NCBI GenBank assembly: GCA_964577555.1 | Contig: CAZNZM010000002.1 | Span: forward strand, 11,741-75,740 | DNA from: an uncultured archaeon | Lineage (GTDB): Archaea > Iainarchaeota > Iainarchaeia > Iainarchaeales > Iainarchaeaceae | Reading direction: 5' to 3' | Length of the DNA: 64,000 nt | Shown here: piece by piece, positions 35,698 to 43,931 of the stretch | Position numbering within the stretch: the first letter of the stretch is position 1 | Layout: each line of letters starts with the position of its first letter | Program-made: the position numbers and the translations under genes | Notes under the pieces: model-generated | Told to the model about the DNA's origin: nothing | What the model saw: only the letters and a program-made list of their open reading frames with translations | The model's database searches: none

Positions 35698-37884
35698 TTA
35701 GAGTATTTTGATTTTTTTTGCTTTGCCGCCGCAATATTTTGTTATGTTCTCAAAAATTTTTTCAAGAGCAGAATTAATTTCTTCTTGTGAAGTATTTTCA
35801 TTGCCTTGGACATAAATTAAAATATTTTTTGTTGAGTTTGTAACTTTTGTTTGTTCGCATTGTTTTATGTCCATTCTGCATAAAACGATTTTGTTATCTA
35901 CGAATATGTATTCTCCTTTTGGTATACTGCTTTTTTCAGTGGAGCCCATTGGTGTAAAATCTTCATTGCCATTAGAGATTGTTGCCTTGATGTTGCCTGA
36001 AATTTTGTCAAGGTCATGGCATCCTACAACAAGCCCTTTGGTTAGCGATACAATGTTATAAGAATCTACTGCGGTATTGATGCTTGGCAGTTTTCCAGCC
36101 GTACTTACTATTTCAACCAGATTGGAAATGGCGTTTTTTGTATTTTTTACTCCGAGTTTGTTGTAAATTTCGTAGTATCCTTTTACTTGTTTAGAATTAA
36201 TGGTTTTGGATAAATCAAGCTTTTTGGTTTCCATAGATATTTTTTTTTCAAGCCCTTCGTGTTTCTTTTTGATTGAAACTCCTTCAACTATTCCCGCGGA
36301 TATTTTTAATCCAATGTTTTTTAAGTCTCTTGAAATGGAAAAAGAAATGTCTTTTGTTTGAGTTTCCTTTTTTTCTTCATCAATTTTCTTGAATAGTATT
36401 TCTTTTTTTCCGAGTTTTGTTCCGGGTTTGAGCAAATTAAATTTTGCTTCAAAAAACGCGCCTTTACTAGGAGTGTTGCAATTCAATTGTTTTAATATTT
36501 TTTCAGAAGTTGAAGGAATGAATGGCCATAATAGTATTGATATTATTCTGATGGAATCAAGTACCGAATAGAGTGTTTTTTCAGCTTCTTTTCCTTCAAG
36601 TTTCCACGGTTCTGTGTCGTTTATGTATTTATTGCATTCCGCGATGAATGAGAATATTTCTGCAAGAGAATTATGTGTTTCAAGTTTTTCCATGCATGAA
36701 GAAATTTTTTCCAAATCAAGTTTTGATGAGAGCCTTTCATCGGTTTTTGCATCAGGAACAATTGAATCAAGTTTTTTTTCCGAGAGTGAAATTACTCGGT
36801 AAACCAAATTTCCTAGCGAATCAGCCAGTTCGTTGTTATGTCTTTCAATCAAAGCATTAATTGAAAAATTTCCGTCTTCTCCAAGCGGGATTTCTCGGAG
36901 CAAATAATATCTTACTGCATCAACTCCGTAATTTGAACTTATTTCTATTGGGTCAATCATTTTTCCTGAGCTTTTTGAAAGTTTTTCCCCTGAAGCGGTG
37001 TTTATGAATCCGTGTACGAATACGCGCTTTGGAGGTTCTATGTTCATTGCAAAAAGCATGCATGGCCAAATTACGCTGTGAAACCAAAGAATGTCTTTGC
37101 CAATAACATGGATGTCTGCTGGCCAGAACTTGTCAAATTGTTTTGAAGGATAATCAATGCCTGAAATATAATTAAGTAATGCGTCAAACCATACATAAAT
37201 AACGTGTCTTTTGTCGTGTTTTAACGGTATTCCCCATGAAAAACTTGTTCTTGAAACGCTTAAGTCTTTAAGCCCTTCTTTAATCCTGTTAATTATTTCT
37301 TGCCTTCGCCTCACGGGAAAAATAAATTCCGGGTTTTTTTCGAAATAGTCCAAAAGTTTTTGTTGATACTTTCCCATTCTGAAAAAATAACTTTCTTCGC
37401 TTAAAGGTTCCGGCTTTTTTTTGTGTATTGGGCATAACCCGTCAATTAAATCTTTTTCAAGGTAGAATGCTTCGCATCCTGTGCAATAAAGTCCTTCGTA
37501 TTTTCCCAAATAAATGTCTCCTTTGTCCATGACTCTTTGAAAAAGCATTTGGCATATTTCTTCGTGCCCTTTTTCAGTCGTCCTTATGAATCTGTCGTTT
37601 GAAATGTTCCAAGCTAAGCAAAGTGATTTAAAGTGTTCAACTTGCAAATCAACGAATTCTTTTGGCTTCAGGCCTGATTTCATTGCGGCTTGTTCAATTT
37701 TTTTTCCGTGTTCGTCTGTGCCTGTCAGAAAAAATACTTCTTCTCCTTTGAGCCTGTGCCATCTTGCCAAGCAATCCGCAATTACTTTTTCGTAGGCGTG
37801 CCCTAAATGGGGTTTTGAATTTGGGTAGTCAATTGCTGTTGTAATATAAAATTTTTCCGGCTTGGGTTTTTTGGGATTTTTCAT
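35698..37884 (-). CDS. metG: Methionyl-tRNA synthetase with a C-terminal tRNA-binding extension.
   Basis: It has the HIGH-type PHLGHAY, the KMSKS-type KLSKSSGK, and a Zn knuckle CTGCE...CPIH. Confidence 0.9.
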   Translation of the reverse strand: MKNPKKPKPEKFYITTAIDYPNSKPHLGHAYEKVIADCLARWHRLKGEEVFFLTGTDEHGKKIEQAAMKSGLKPKEFVDLQVEHFKSLCLAWNISNDRFIRTTEKGHEEICQMLFQRVMDKGDIYLGKYEGLYCTGCEAFYLEKDLIDGLCPIHKKKPEPLSEESYFFRMGKYQQKLLDYFEKNPEFIFPVRRRQEIINRIKEGLKDLSVSRTSFSWGIPLKHDKRHVIYVWFDALLNYISGIDYPSKQFDKFWPADIHVIGKDILWFHSVIWPCMLFAMNIEPPKRVFVHGFINTASGEKLSKSSGKMIDPIEISSNYGVDAVRYYLLREIPLGEDGNFSINALIERHNNELADSLGNLVYRVISLSEKKLDSIVPDAKTDERLSSKLDLEKISSCMEKLETHNSLAEIFSFIAECNKYINDTEPWKLEGKEAEKTLYSVLDSIRIISILLWPFIPSTSEKILKQLNCNTPSKGAFFEAKFNLLKPGTKLGKKEILFKKIDEEKKETQTKDISFSISRDLKNIGLKISAGIVEGVSIKKKHEGLEKKISMETKKLDLSKTINSKQVKGYYEIYNKLGVKNTKNAISNLVEIVSTAGKLPSINTAVDSYNIVSLTKGLVVGCHDLDKISGNIKATISNGNEDFTPMGSTEKSSIPKGEYIFVDNKIVLCRMDIKQCEQTKVTNSTKNILIYVQGNENTSQEEINSALEKIFENITKYCGGKAKKIKIL

Positions 37885-38084
37885 AAAGAAAAATTCAAGG
37901 AAATTTAATTTAAATATGATTGGAAAGCAAAAAAATTCCTAAATTAATACTTTTTGCCAGATAATGGCTTGCGTGAAAATGTTATCTTTTTTTTGCGAGC
38001 AGTTTTTCAATCAAGTATTTTATTTTTTTGTACGACGTTGTTAAATAATTATTTTTTATTTAGTTGTGTATTTGAGTTATATTA

Positions 38085-38708
38085 ATGTCGAGGATAAGGG
38101 ATTTGAGGGATTTAAAAAACGAGGAAATGTTTCATTTTCCTTCTTGGTTAAAGTATTTTTTTATTATTGCTTTTTTGTTGCTTTTTGCCTATTTGGTTTT
38201 TTCAAACATGGTTTTTGTTAAAAGCTTTGTAATAGGTTATGGTTTGTTGGGTCTTTTTGTAGGTTCAATAATAGCTAATGCAACCGTGCTTTTTCCAGTG
38301 CCTGTTGTTGATGTTGTTTTTCTTGCACTTGCCGGCGATTCAACTTCTATTTTTGAAGCAATTTTTTTGGGCTTTGTCGTTGGTTCTGGTGCGGCGATTG
38401 GTGAAATGAGTGCTTATCTTGCCGGGCTTTTTGGGATTCAGGCTGCGGAAAGGGTGAAGAAAGCAGAGTTTGATAAAATGAAAATAATAAGGGAAAAAAT
38501 CAGCAAGTTTGGCGGTTATTTCATTTTTTTCTCTGCTTTGGTGCCTTTTCCTTTTGATATAATCGGCATAACTGCTGGCTTGATTAAGTTTGATTATCGC
38601 AGGTTTTTTGTTGCTGCTTTGGCTGGCAAACTCGCTCGTTATGTAATTCTTTCGTTGGCTTCATTTTATGGAATTCATACGATTAAGTCTTTTTTTGGTA
38701 TTGCGTGA
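38085..38708 (+). CDS. DedA/TVP38-family membrane protein.
   Basis: The glycine-rich re-entrant motifs GSGAAIGEMSAY and LVPFPFDIIGITAGL are present. Confidence 0.55.
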   Translation: MSRIRDLRDLKNEEMFHFPSWLKYFFIIAFLLLFAYLVFSNMVFVKSFVIGYGLLGLFVGSIIANATVLFPVPVVDVVFLALAGDSTSIFEAIFLGFVVGSGAAIGEMSAYLAGLFGIQAAERVKKAEFDKMKIIREKISKFGGYFIFFSALVPFPFDIIGITAGLIKFDYRRFFVAALAGKLARYVILSLASFYGIHTIKSFFGIA

Positions 38709-38710
38709 TT

Positions 38711-39538
38711 TTACAAGAAAATAATTTTAAGTATTATAAATGTTGCAATCATGAATGTTGATTGTACTGGTAGTGCTGGCAAGGGTGTTTTCTTTTTTGA
38801 ACTCGTATCTATTGTTGTCATTAGTCCAAGCATGGATGCAAAAATTATTGTTCCTGAAAATAGTAATGCGTATTCTGTTTGGTAATTTTTTTTTGCTTCT
38901 GCGAGAATTGATACTGCGAATGTCAATGGTATTACTAAATCTCCTGTGCCTAGTTCGAATTTTTTTTCTTTTGTCGGTATTGCAAATGTAAAAGCCAGGT
39001 TTTTGTCTATAATTCCTTTTGCAAGCGCCACCATGTGTTTTGTTTTGAAAACCGCTATATAATCGTATATTGCAAGCAAAATTATGAATATTGCTATTGC
39101 GTCTGCCCCAATGCTTGCTCCTATTAGTGCTCCTGCTCCTGCAGTGGCAATTATGCTTGTTATGTTTCTCAAAAAAATATTTTTTGCGAATACCAGCCTT
39201 GCTGTTATTATTCCTATTCCTGCCCCTAATATTAAAAATTCTGGGGGGTTGTAAGGCACTAAAATTATGATAATAGAACTGAATATTGCAATGCTTTCAA
39301 TTATTTTGAATATTATGTATGAAAACAAGTTTGGCATTAATTTGAGCATTAAAAGTATTATTCCTGTTATTATTAACATCCAAATTAGTAATGCTATGAC
39401 ATTAACCAAAGAGTTTGGGTTTTCTTCTATTATTATTGCTCTTATGTTGTTTTTTGTCAGGAAATTGCCTGCGCTTAAGCCAAGTATCATTGTGGTTGCG
39501 AAAATTAGTGATAATTTGTAGTTTATTTCTTTGTTCAT
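38711..39538 (-). CDS. Presenilin / signal-peptide-peptidase-like intramembrane aspartyl protease (A22 family) homolog.
   Basis: A YD motif (IYDYIAVF), a GxGD motif (LGTGDLVIP) and a C-terminal PAL motif (PLPALP) sit in consecutive TM helices. It is a polytopic protein of 275 aa. Confidence 0.6.
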   Translation of the reverse strand: MNKEINYKLSLIFATTMILGLSAGNFLTKNNIRAIIIEENPNSLVNVIALLIWMLIITGIILLMLKLMPNLFSYIIFKIIESIAIFSSIIIILVPYNPPEFLILGAGIGIITARLVFAKNIFLRNITSIIATAGAGALIGASIGADAIAIFIILLAIYDYIAVFKTKHMVALAKGIIDKNLAFTFAIPTKEKKFELGTGDLVIPLTFAVSILAEAKKNYQTEYALLFSGTIIFASMLGLMTTIDTSSKKKTPLPALPVQSTFMIATFIILKIIFL

Positions 39539-39623
39539 GTTTCATTTTTAGACAACAATTATTTAATTGTTTTCCTTGGCGGTTTGTTGATTATGTATTT
39601 GTTAGTTTTGTAGTTTGTTTTTT

Positions 39624-40286
39624 TTATTCGAATATTTTTCTTCCAATTCTTATTACTGTTGCTCCTTCTTCTATTGCTATTTCATAATCGTTGCTCATTC
39701 CCATGCTGAGGTGTTTTAAATTAAGGTTTTCTTTTATGTCGCATAATTTTTGGAAATATGGCCTTGCTTCTTCGGGGTTTTTGACCAATGGTGCTATTGT
39801 CATGAGGCCTATGAATTTTACGTTGTTGTATGGCAGGTTTTTCATTGTTGTAAGCATTGATTCCACTTCTTCTGGTTTCATTCCGTATTTTTGCGGTTCG
39901 TTTGATGTATTAACTTGCAGAAAAATGTTTTGTATTTTTTCGATGTCGAGGCTTGCGTAATGTATTTTTCTTAGCAAGTCAAGGCTGTCAACCGATTGTA
40001 TGTAATCGCACATTTGAACTGCTTTTTTTACTTTGTTGCTTTGCAAGTGTCCTATAAAGTGTATGTCTGTTTTGAGTTCTTTTAAGTCAGGGTATTTTTC
40101 TTCGAGTTCTTGTATGGTGCTTTCGCCTATGTCTGTAATGCCGTGTGAAACAGCTTCTTTTATTTGGTTTATTTCTCTTTCTTTTGTTGCCGCCACTATT
40201 GTTATTTCTTCTGGTTTTCTTCTGACTTTATTGCATGCCTTGGCAATTGTTTTTCTTATTTCTTCAATGTTTTGTTTTATGCTCAT
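39624..40286 (-). CDS. yggS: YggS/PLPBP-family pyridoxal-phosphate homeostasis protein.
   Basis: It has the alanine-racemase N-terminal-like TIM barrel with a Lys in VAATKER, and GHLQSNK. Confidence 0.75.
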   Translation of the reverse strand: MSIKQNIEEIRKTIAKACNKVRRKPEEITIVAATKEREINQIKEAVSHGITDIGESTIQELEEKYPDLKELKTDIHFIGHLQSNKVKKAVQMCDYIQSVDSLDLLRKIHYASLDIEKIQNIFLQVNTSNEPQKYGMKPEEVESMLTTMKNLPYNNVKFIGLMTIAPLVKNPEEARPYFQKLCDIKENLNLKHLSMGMSNDYEIAIEEGATVIRIGRKIFE

Positions 40287-40299
40287 GTTTATTATTTTA

Positions 40300-40640
40300 T
40301 TGCGTCATGTTTTTATTATTCTTGGCTTAATTGTTTTTTTTGTCTTTGTTTTGTTTTTTTTTTCAAGCCGTTTTTTTGTTTGTTAGTTTTTTTAGTTATT
40401 TTTTTGTTTTTTTTATGAGCCTTTTTATTTTTTGAATTTTGTTTTTTTTGTTTTTTTTTGGCGAGCCTTTTTTTGTCATTTTTTTTTGTAAGTCATTTTT
40501 TTCTTGTTTTTTTTTGTGGATTGTTTTTTTTATAAGCCAATTATTTTTTTTGTTTTTTTGGCGAGCGTTTTTTTTGGTATTTTTTTTGAAATTTTGTTTT
40601 TTTTTCTTTTTGGTTTTTATTTTGTCTCGCCTTTTTTGCC
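40300..40640. repeat. GCGAGCC-oligo(T) family repeat array. It contains a 50-bp block identical to 29701..29750.
   Basis: tcaagccgtttttttg, atgagcctttttattttttgaattttg, tggcgagcctttttttg, ataagccaattatttttttt and tggcgagcgttttttttgg. Confidence 0.8.
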
Positions 40641-41030
40641 TACTACTCGTATTAGCGAGCCCCATTTTATGTATTGTACTTCGTTTCCGCTTGCAAGCCC
40701 CGTAACGTCTTTCGGTTTTTCAATTTCGTTTATTGAATAATCTTTTGTGTCCATTATTTGTATTCTGTCTCCCATTATTGCTACTACTTGTGCGTCGCCT
40801 TTTTCAATTATGGGAATTTCAACATCGGCATCCACCGGTTTGAGAAGTGTTTTTTTGACGTCTCTGAATATTCCCATTCCTGTGGCCCTGATTTTTGCCG
40901 CTCCGTGTTTTCCCGGTTTTGATTTTTCAACGCCTTTTATTTGACAGGGTTCTCCTTCAATTAGCGCGTATGATCCTTCTTTAAGGTCTCCTGCGTATCC
41001 GAATTTTTTTTCTCCTTCAGTTATTACCAT
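40617..41030 (-). CDS. eif5a: Translation initiation factor 5A (aIF-5A, hypusine-containing).
   Basis: It has the hypusination loop SKPGKHGAAK and SH3-like plus OB domains. Length is 137 aa. Confidence 0.85.
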   Translation of the reverse strand: MVITEGEKKFGYAGDLKEGSYALIEGEPCQIKGVEKSKPGKHGAAKIRATGMGIFRDVKKTLLKPVDADVEIPIIEKGDAQVVAIMGDRIQIMDTKDYSINEIEKPKDVTGLASGNEVQYIKWGSLIRVVGKKGETK

Positions 41031-41175
41031 TTTTTTTCACCTGCATTGAAATCGCCTTAGTTAATTTTAAATAGGTTTGCAAAACCCCTTGTATTTGTCT
41101 TTTAATTGGTTTTTAGGCTGTTTTTTTGCCCTTGTGTGAGTTTTTTAATGGTATTTCGGTATTACTTATATTGTT

Positions 41176-41628
41176 ATGTTCAGGTTTGTTAAGAGAATAT
41201 TTGATAAAGGCAATGATTGTCGTAATCTTGCCGTTTTTATTGATGGCCCAAATATTTTGAGGAAGGATTTGGGTGTTAGTCTTGCCGATATTAAGAAAAA
41301 TCTTGAAAAATTTGGAAAGGTGAAGATTGGCAGGGTTTTTATGAATCAATATGCTTCTGAAAAACTTGTTGAAGCTGTTGTGAATCATGGTTTTGAGTCT
41401 GTGATTACTGTTGGTGATGTTGATGTTTCAATGGTTGCTGATGCTGTTGAAGCAGTATTTAATCCGCAGATTCACACTATTGTTTTTGTGACGAGGGATT
41501 CGGATTTTTTGCCTGCTATTATAAAAGCCAAGCGTGAGGGAAAGGAAACAATTGTTATGCTTACTGAAGAGGCCAGTTCTGTTTCTCTTAAAAATAATGC
41601 TGATCATGTTATTTTGCTTGGGAAGTGA
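41176..41628 (+). CDS. NYN-domain (LabA/DUF88-like, PIN-fold) putative ribonuclease.
   Basis: The acidic residues are arranged as in NYN domains: LAVFIDGPN, VGDVDVSMVADA and VFVTRDSDFLP. Confidence 0.6.
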   Translation: MFRFVKRIFDKGNDCRNLAVFIDGPNILRKDLGVSLADIKKNLEKFGKVKIGRVFMNQYASEKLVEAVVNHGFESVITVGDVDVSMVADAVEAVFNPQIHTIVFVTRDSDFLPAIIKAKREGKETIVMLTEEASSVSLKNNADHVILLGK

Positions 41629-41634
41629 TTTTGC

Positions 41635-42129
41635 ATGAATCTTCCTGTAGGTGATATAATTGGAAGGGGTATTAATTTAAAGGAAGTGGATATTCGTAAG
41701 CTTATTGAAGGTTTTTATGACAAGGGTTTTTCTGGTTATCTTGTTGCTTCTCTTTATGGTTTTGATTCGGTTGAAGAGGGCGTATTGCTTTTCAAGGATG
41801 GTTTGCTTATTGCCGCTATTTACGAGTATGAATTTTATGGAATAACTATTTTTGGCGATGTTGCTTTGCCACATATATTCAATTCTTTTGCTGCTGATTT
41901 TATTGTGGCTGATATAGTGTCTCTTTCTAATCAGCAAATTGATCTTGTTACTGCTTTTAATGATAAAGCTAAGTTGAATAAGGTTTTGCAAAAAGGCGAT
42001 GTTGGAAGGTTAATGGTCAAAGCGTTTTCTAAAGATCTTGCCAAATCTGTATTGTCCAATTTGGTAAGTTCTGCAGAGGACAAGGCTGAGATTTTTAAGA
42101 AGCTCGGTTTAGCTGGTTTGGGTGAGTGA
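41635..42129 (+). CDS. Hypothetical protein, possibly a Roadblock-like fold, translationally coupled to neighbours.
   Basis: It is 164 aa. The start lies 7 bp after the NYN stop, and the stop overlaps the next start. Confidence 0.35.
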   Translation: MNLPVGDIIGRGINLKEVDIRKLIEGFYDKGFSGYLVASLYGFDSVEEGVLLFKDGLLIAAIYEYEFYGITIFGDVALPHIFNSFAADFIVADIVSLSNQQIDLVTAFNDKAKLNKVLQKGDVGRLMVKAFSKDLAKSVLSNLVSSAEDKAEIFKKLGLAGLGE

Positions 42130-42590
42130 TTGTGTTTAGGGGTGCCAAGCTGTTTTTGAAAAAGTTTGCTGAAAAAATTCTTGATGTTGATGATACTTCT
42201 AAGCCAGAGTCCCAGTTGCGTTTGTTGGAAGGTTATTCTGAGCGTTTCAAGTTTGAGTATGATTTGTCAGACATTGATAATTTTTTGAAGGTGTTGAAGA
42301 AGAAGCATCTTGTTGATGAAATTGTTGTTTCGACTTTGCATGGCAGTGCTATTGGTTCTACTAATGGCGATTCTGTTTCTCAGGCTGTTTCTAGTGCAGC
42401 GCTTTTCAATTATGTAAAGTCTGAGCTTCCTAAAAGCGAGGCTTTGATTGTAAAGTCTAATGGTTGGCACATGATTTTTAATTATGGAAAAAAACTTTAT
42501 ATAGTAAAGGCTTCTAGTAATCTTAATATGGTTGAGTTGAAAGCATTGGCCCGCGAAATAGAGTCTTTTCTTGAAAAGAATGCTATTTAA
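42126..42590 (+). CDS. Roadblock/LC7-domain protein.
   Basis: EIVVSTLHGSAIGSTNGDS...ALIVKSNGWHMIFNYGKKLYIVKASSNLNMVELK matches the Roadblock alpha-beta core pattern. Confidence 0.5.
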   Translation: MIVFRGAKLFLKKFAEKILDVDDTSKPESQLRLLEGYSERFKFEYDLSDIDNFLKVLKKKHLVDEIVVSTLHGSAIGSTNGDSVSQAVSSAALFNYVKSELPKSEALIVKSNGWHMIFNYGKKLYIVKASSNLNMVELKALAREIESFLEKNAI

Positions 42591-42624
42591 TAGTTGCTTT
42601 TACATAACGTTTTAATAATCTAAA

Positions 42625-42636
42625 TTCTATAAATAC
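42625..42636 (+). promoter_or_regulatory. TATA-box-like element upstream of minD.
   Basis: ttctataaatac lies about 25 nt upstream of the candidate GTG start at 42655. Confidence 0.4.
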
Positions 42637-42654
42637 TTTGGCTTGGTGTTTTTT

Positions 42655-43452
42655 GTGGTAAGGGTAATTTCGGTAATTTCAGGCAAAGGCGGGGTGGGAA
42701 AGACCACTATTGCAGCCAATCTTGGCGTGGCTCTTGCAAAGAGAGGGCTTAAAGTGCTTCTCATTGATGCGGATATTGCCATGGCTAATACTTCTTTGCT
42801 TTTGAATATGCAGAATTCTCCGATTACTTTGCATGATGTTCTTTTGGGCGAGGCTTCTGTGCAGGACGCTATTTATGATGGTCCTGCTGGTTTGAAATTT
42901 ATGCCTTCTGGTCTTAGTCTTGAAAATTATCGCAGGGTTGATTCTGAAAGGTTGCAGTCAATAATTGATTCAGTGAGGGTTCAATTTGATTTTATAATTT
43001 TGGATTGTGCGGCTGGAATTGAAAAGAATGTGCTTGCCGCGATTTCAGCTTCTGATGAAGTTCTTTTGGTTGCTATGCCTACTAGTCCAAGCATTGCTGA
43101 TGTTTTAAAAGCAAAGATTACTGCCCAGCGTCTTGGTGCAAAGCCGATTGGAACTATTTTGAATTTTGTTCGTGATGAAAGGGGCGAGGTTCAAAAGGAT
43201 GAAGTAATGAAGATTTTGGAGCTTCCTGTGCTTGGTTCTGTGCCTTATGACGACGAAGTGAGGCGCAGTTTTATGCAGGAAAATATGATGCCTTTTATTT
43301 TGAGGTCTCCTTCCTGTCCTGCTGCTGTTGCATTGCAAAAGATTGCTGCAAGGCTTGCTGGTTTGCCAATGCTGCAAGAAGAGAAGAAAACGGGTTTTTT
43401 GAGCGGTTTTTTAAATAAATTGTTTTCTATTTTTAAAGGTAAGCCAAAGTGA
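42655..43452 (+). CDS. minD: MinD/ParA-family P-loop ATPase (deviant Walker A).
   Basis: It has SGKGGVGKTT and LLIDADIAMANTS. The start is set at GTG 42655. The track ORF starts at TTG 42643. Confidence 0.8.
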   Translation: MVRVISVISGKGGVGKTTIAANLGVALAKRGLKVLLIDADIAMANTSLLLNMQNSPITLHDVLLGEASVQDAIYDGPAGLKFMPSGLSLENYRRVDSERLQSIIDSVRVQFDFIILDCAAGIEKNVLAAISASDEVLLVAMPTSPSIADVLKAKITAQRLGAKPIGTILNFVRDERGEVQKDEVMKILELPVLGSVPYDDEVRRSFMQENMMPFILRSPSCPAAVALQKIAARLAGLPMLQEEKKTGFLSGFLNKLFSIFKGKPK

Positions 43453-43467
43453 TGGGGGGTTTTTAGT

Positions 43468-43686
43468 ATGAGTGGAAGGCCATTTGATCTTTTGAGTGCG
43501 GCAATAGGCAAGGATGTTATTGTTGAATGCAAGGGGAATGTTTCTTACCGTGGCACTCTTAAAGCATTTGACGTGCATATGAATGTTGTTCTTGAGAATG
43601 CTGAAAAGTTTGAGAATTCCGACCCAAAAAATAAGTATGGCAAGCTTCTTATTCGTGGCGAGAATGTTATACTTATTAGTCCTTGA
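43468..43686 (+). CDS. Sm-like archaeal protein (SmAP/LSm).
   Basis: At 72 aa, it has the Sm1/Sm2 motifs (VIVECKGNVSYRGTLKAFDVHMNVVL, IRGENVILI). Confidence 0.8.
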   Translation: MSGRPFDLLSAAIGKDVIVECKGNVSYRGTLKAFDVHMNVVLENAEKFENSDPKNKYGKLLIRGENVILISP

Positions 43687-43691
43687 TTTTT

Positions 43692-43785
43692 GGGCCCTTA
43701 GTGTAGAGGCTAACACGCGTGCATGGCATTAAGTTTGAACTTACCAATGTGCACGATACGCCGGGTTCGAGTCCCGGAGGGTCCA
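43692..43785 (+). tRNA. tRNA-Ala (anticodon GGC) with a 21-nt intron at the canonical 37/38 position; no encoded CCA.
   Basis: The acceptor pair GGGCCCT/AGGGTCC has G3:U70. The D-stem GTGT/ACAC is perfect. The anticodon stem CGTGC/GCACG is separated by 28 nt, namely the loop ATGGCA-[intron ttaagtttgaacttaccaatg]-T. The T-arm is CCGGG-TTCGAGT-CCCGG. Confidence 0.8.
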
Positions 43786-43931
43786 TTTTGCATTTTTTTT
43801 AAAGTTTGGTGCTAAAAATATTGGTTTTAAGCAATCGCTTGTTTTTCCGGATTTTTAAGTTGTTTTACAATAAAAAAATCCATTTTTTTTGGCACCCCTC
43901 AATAATTAATAATAGTATTTCGTAAAATAGT

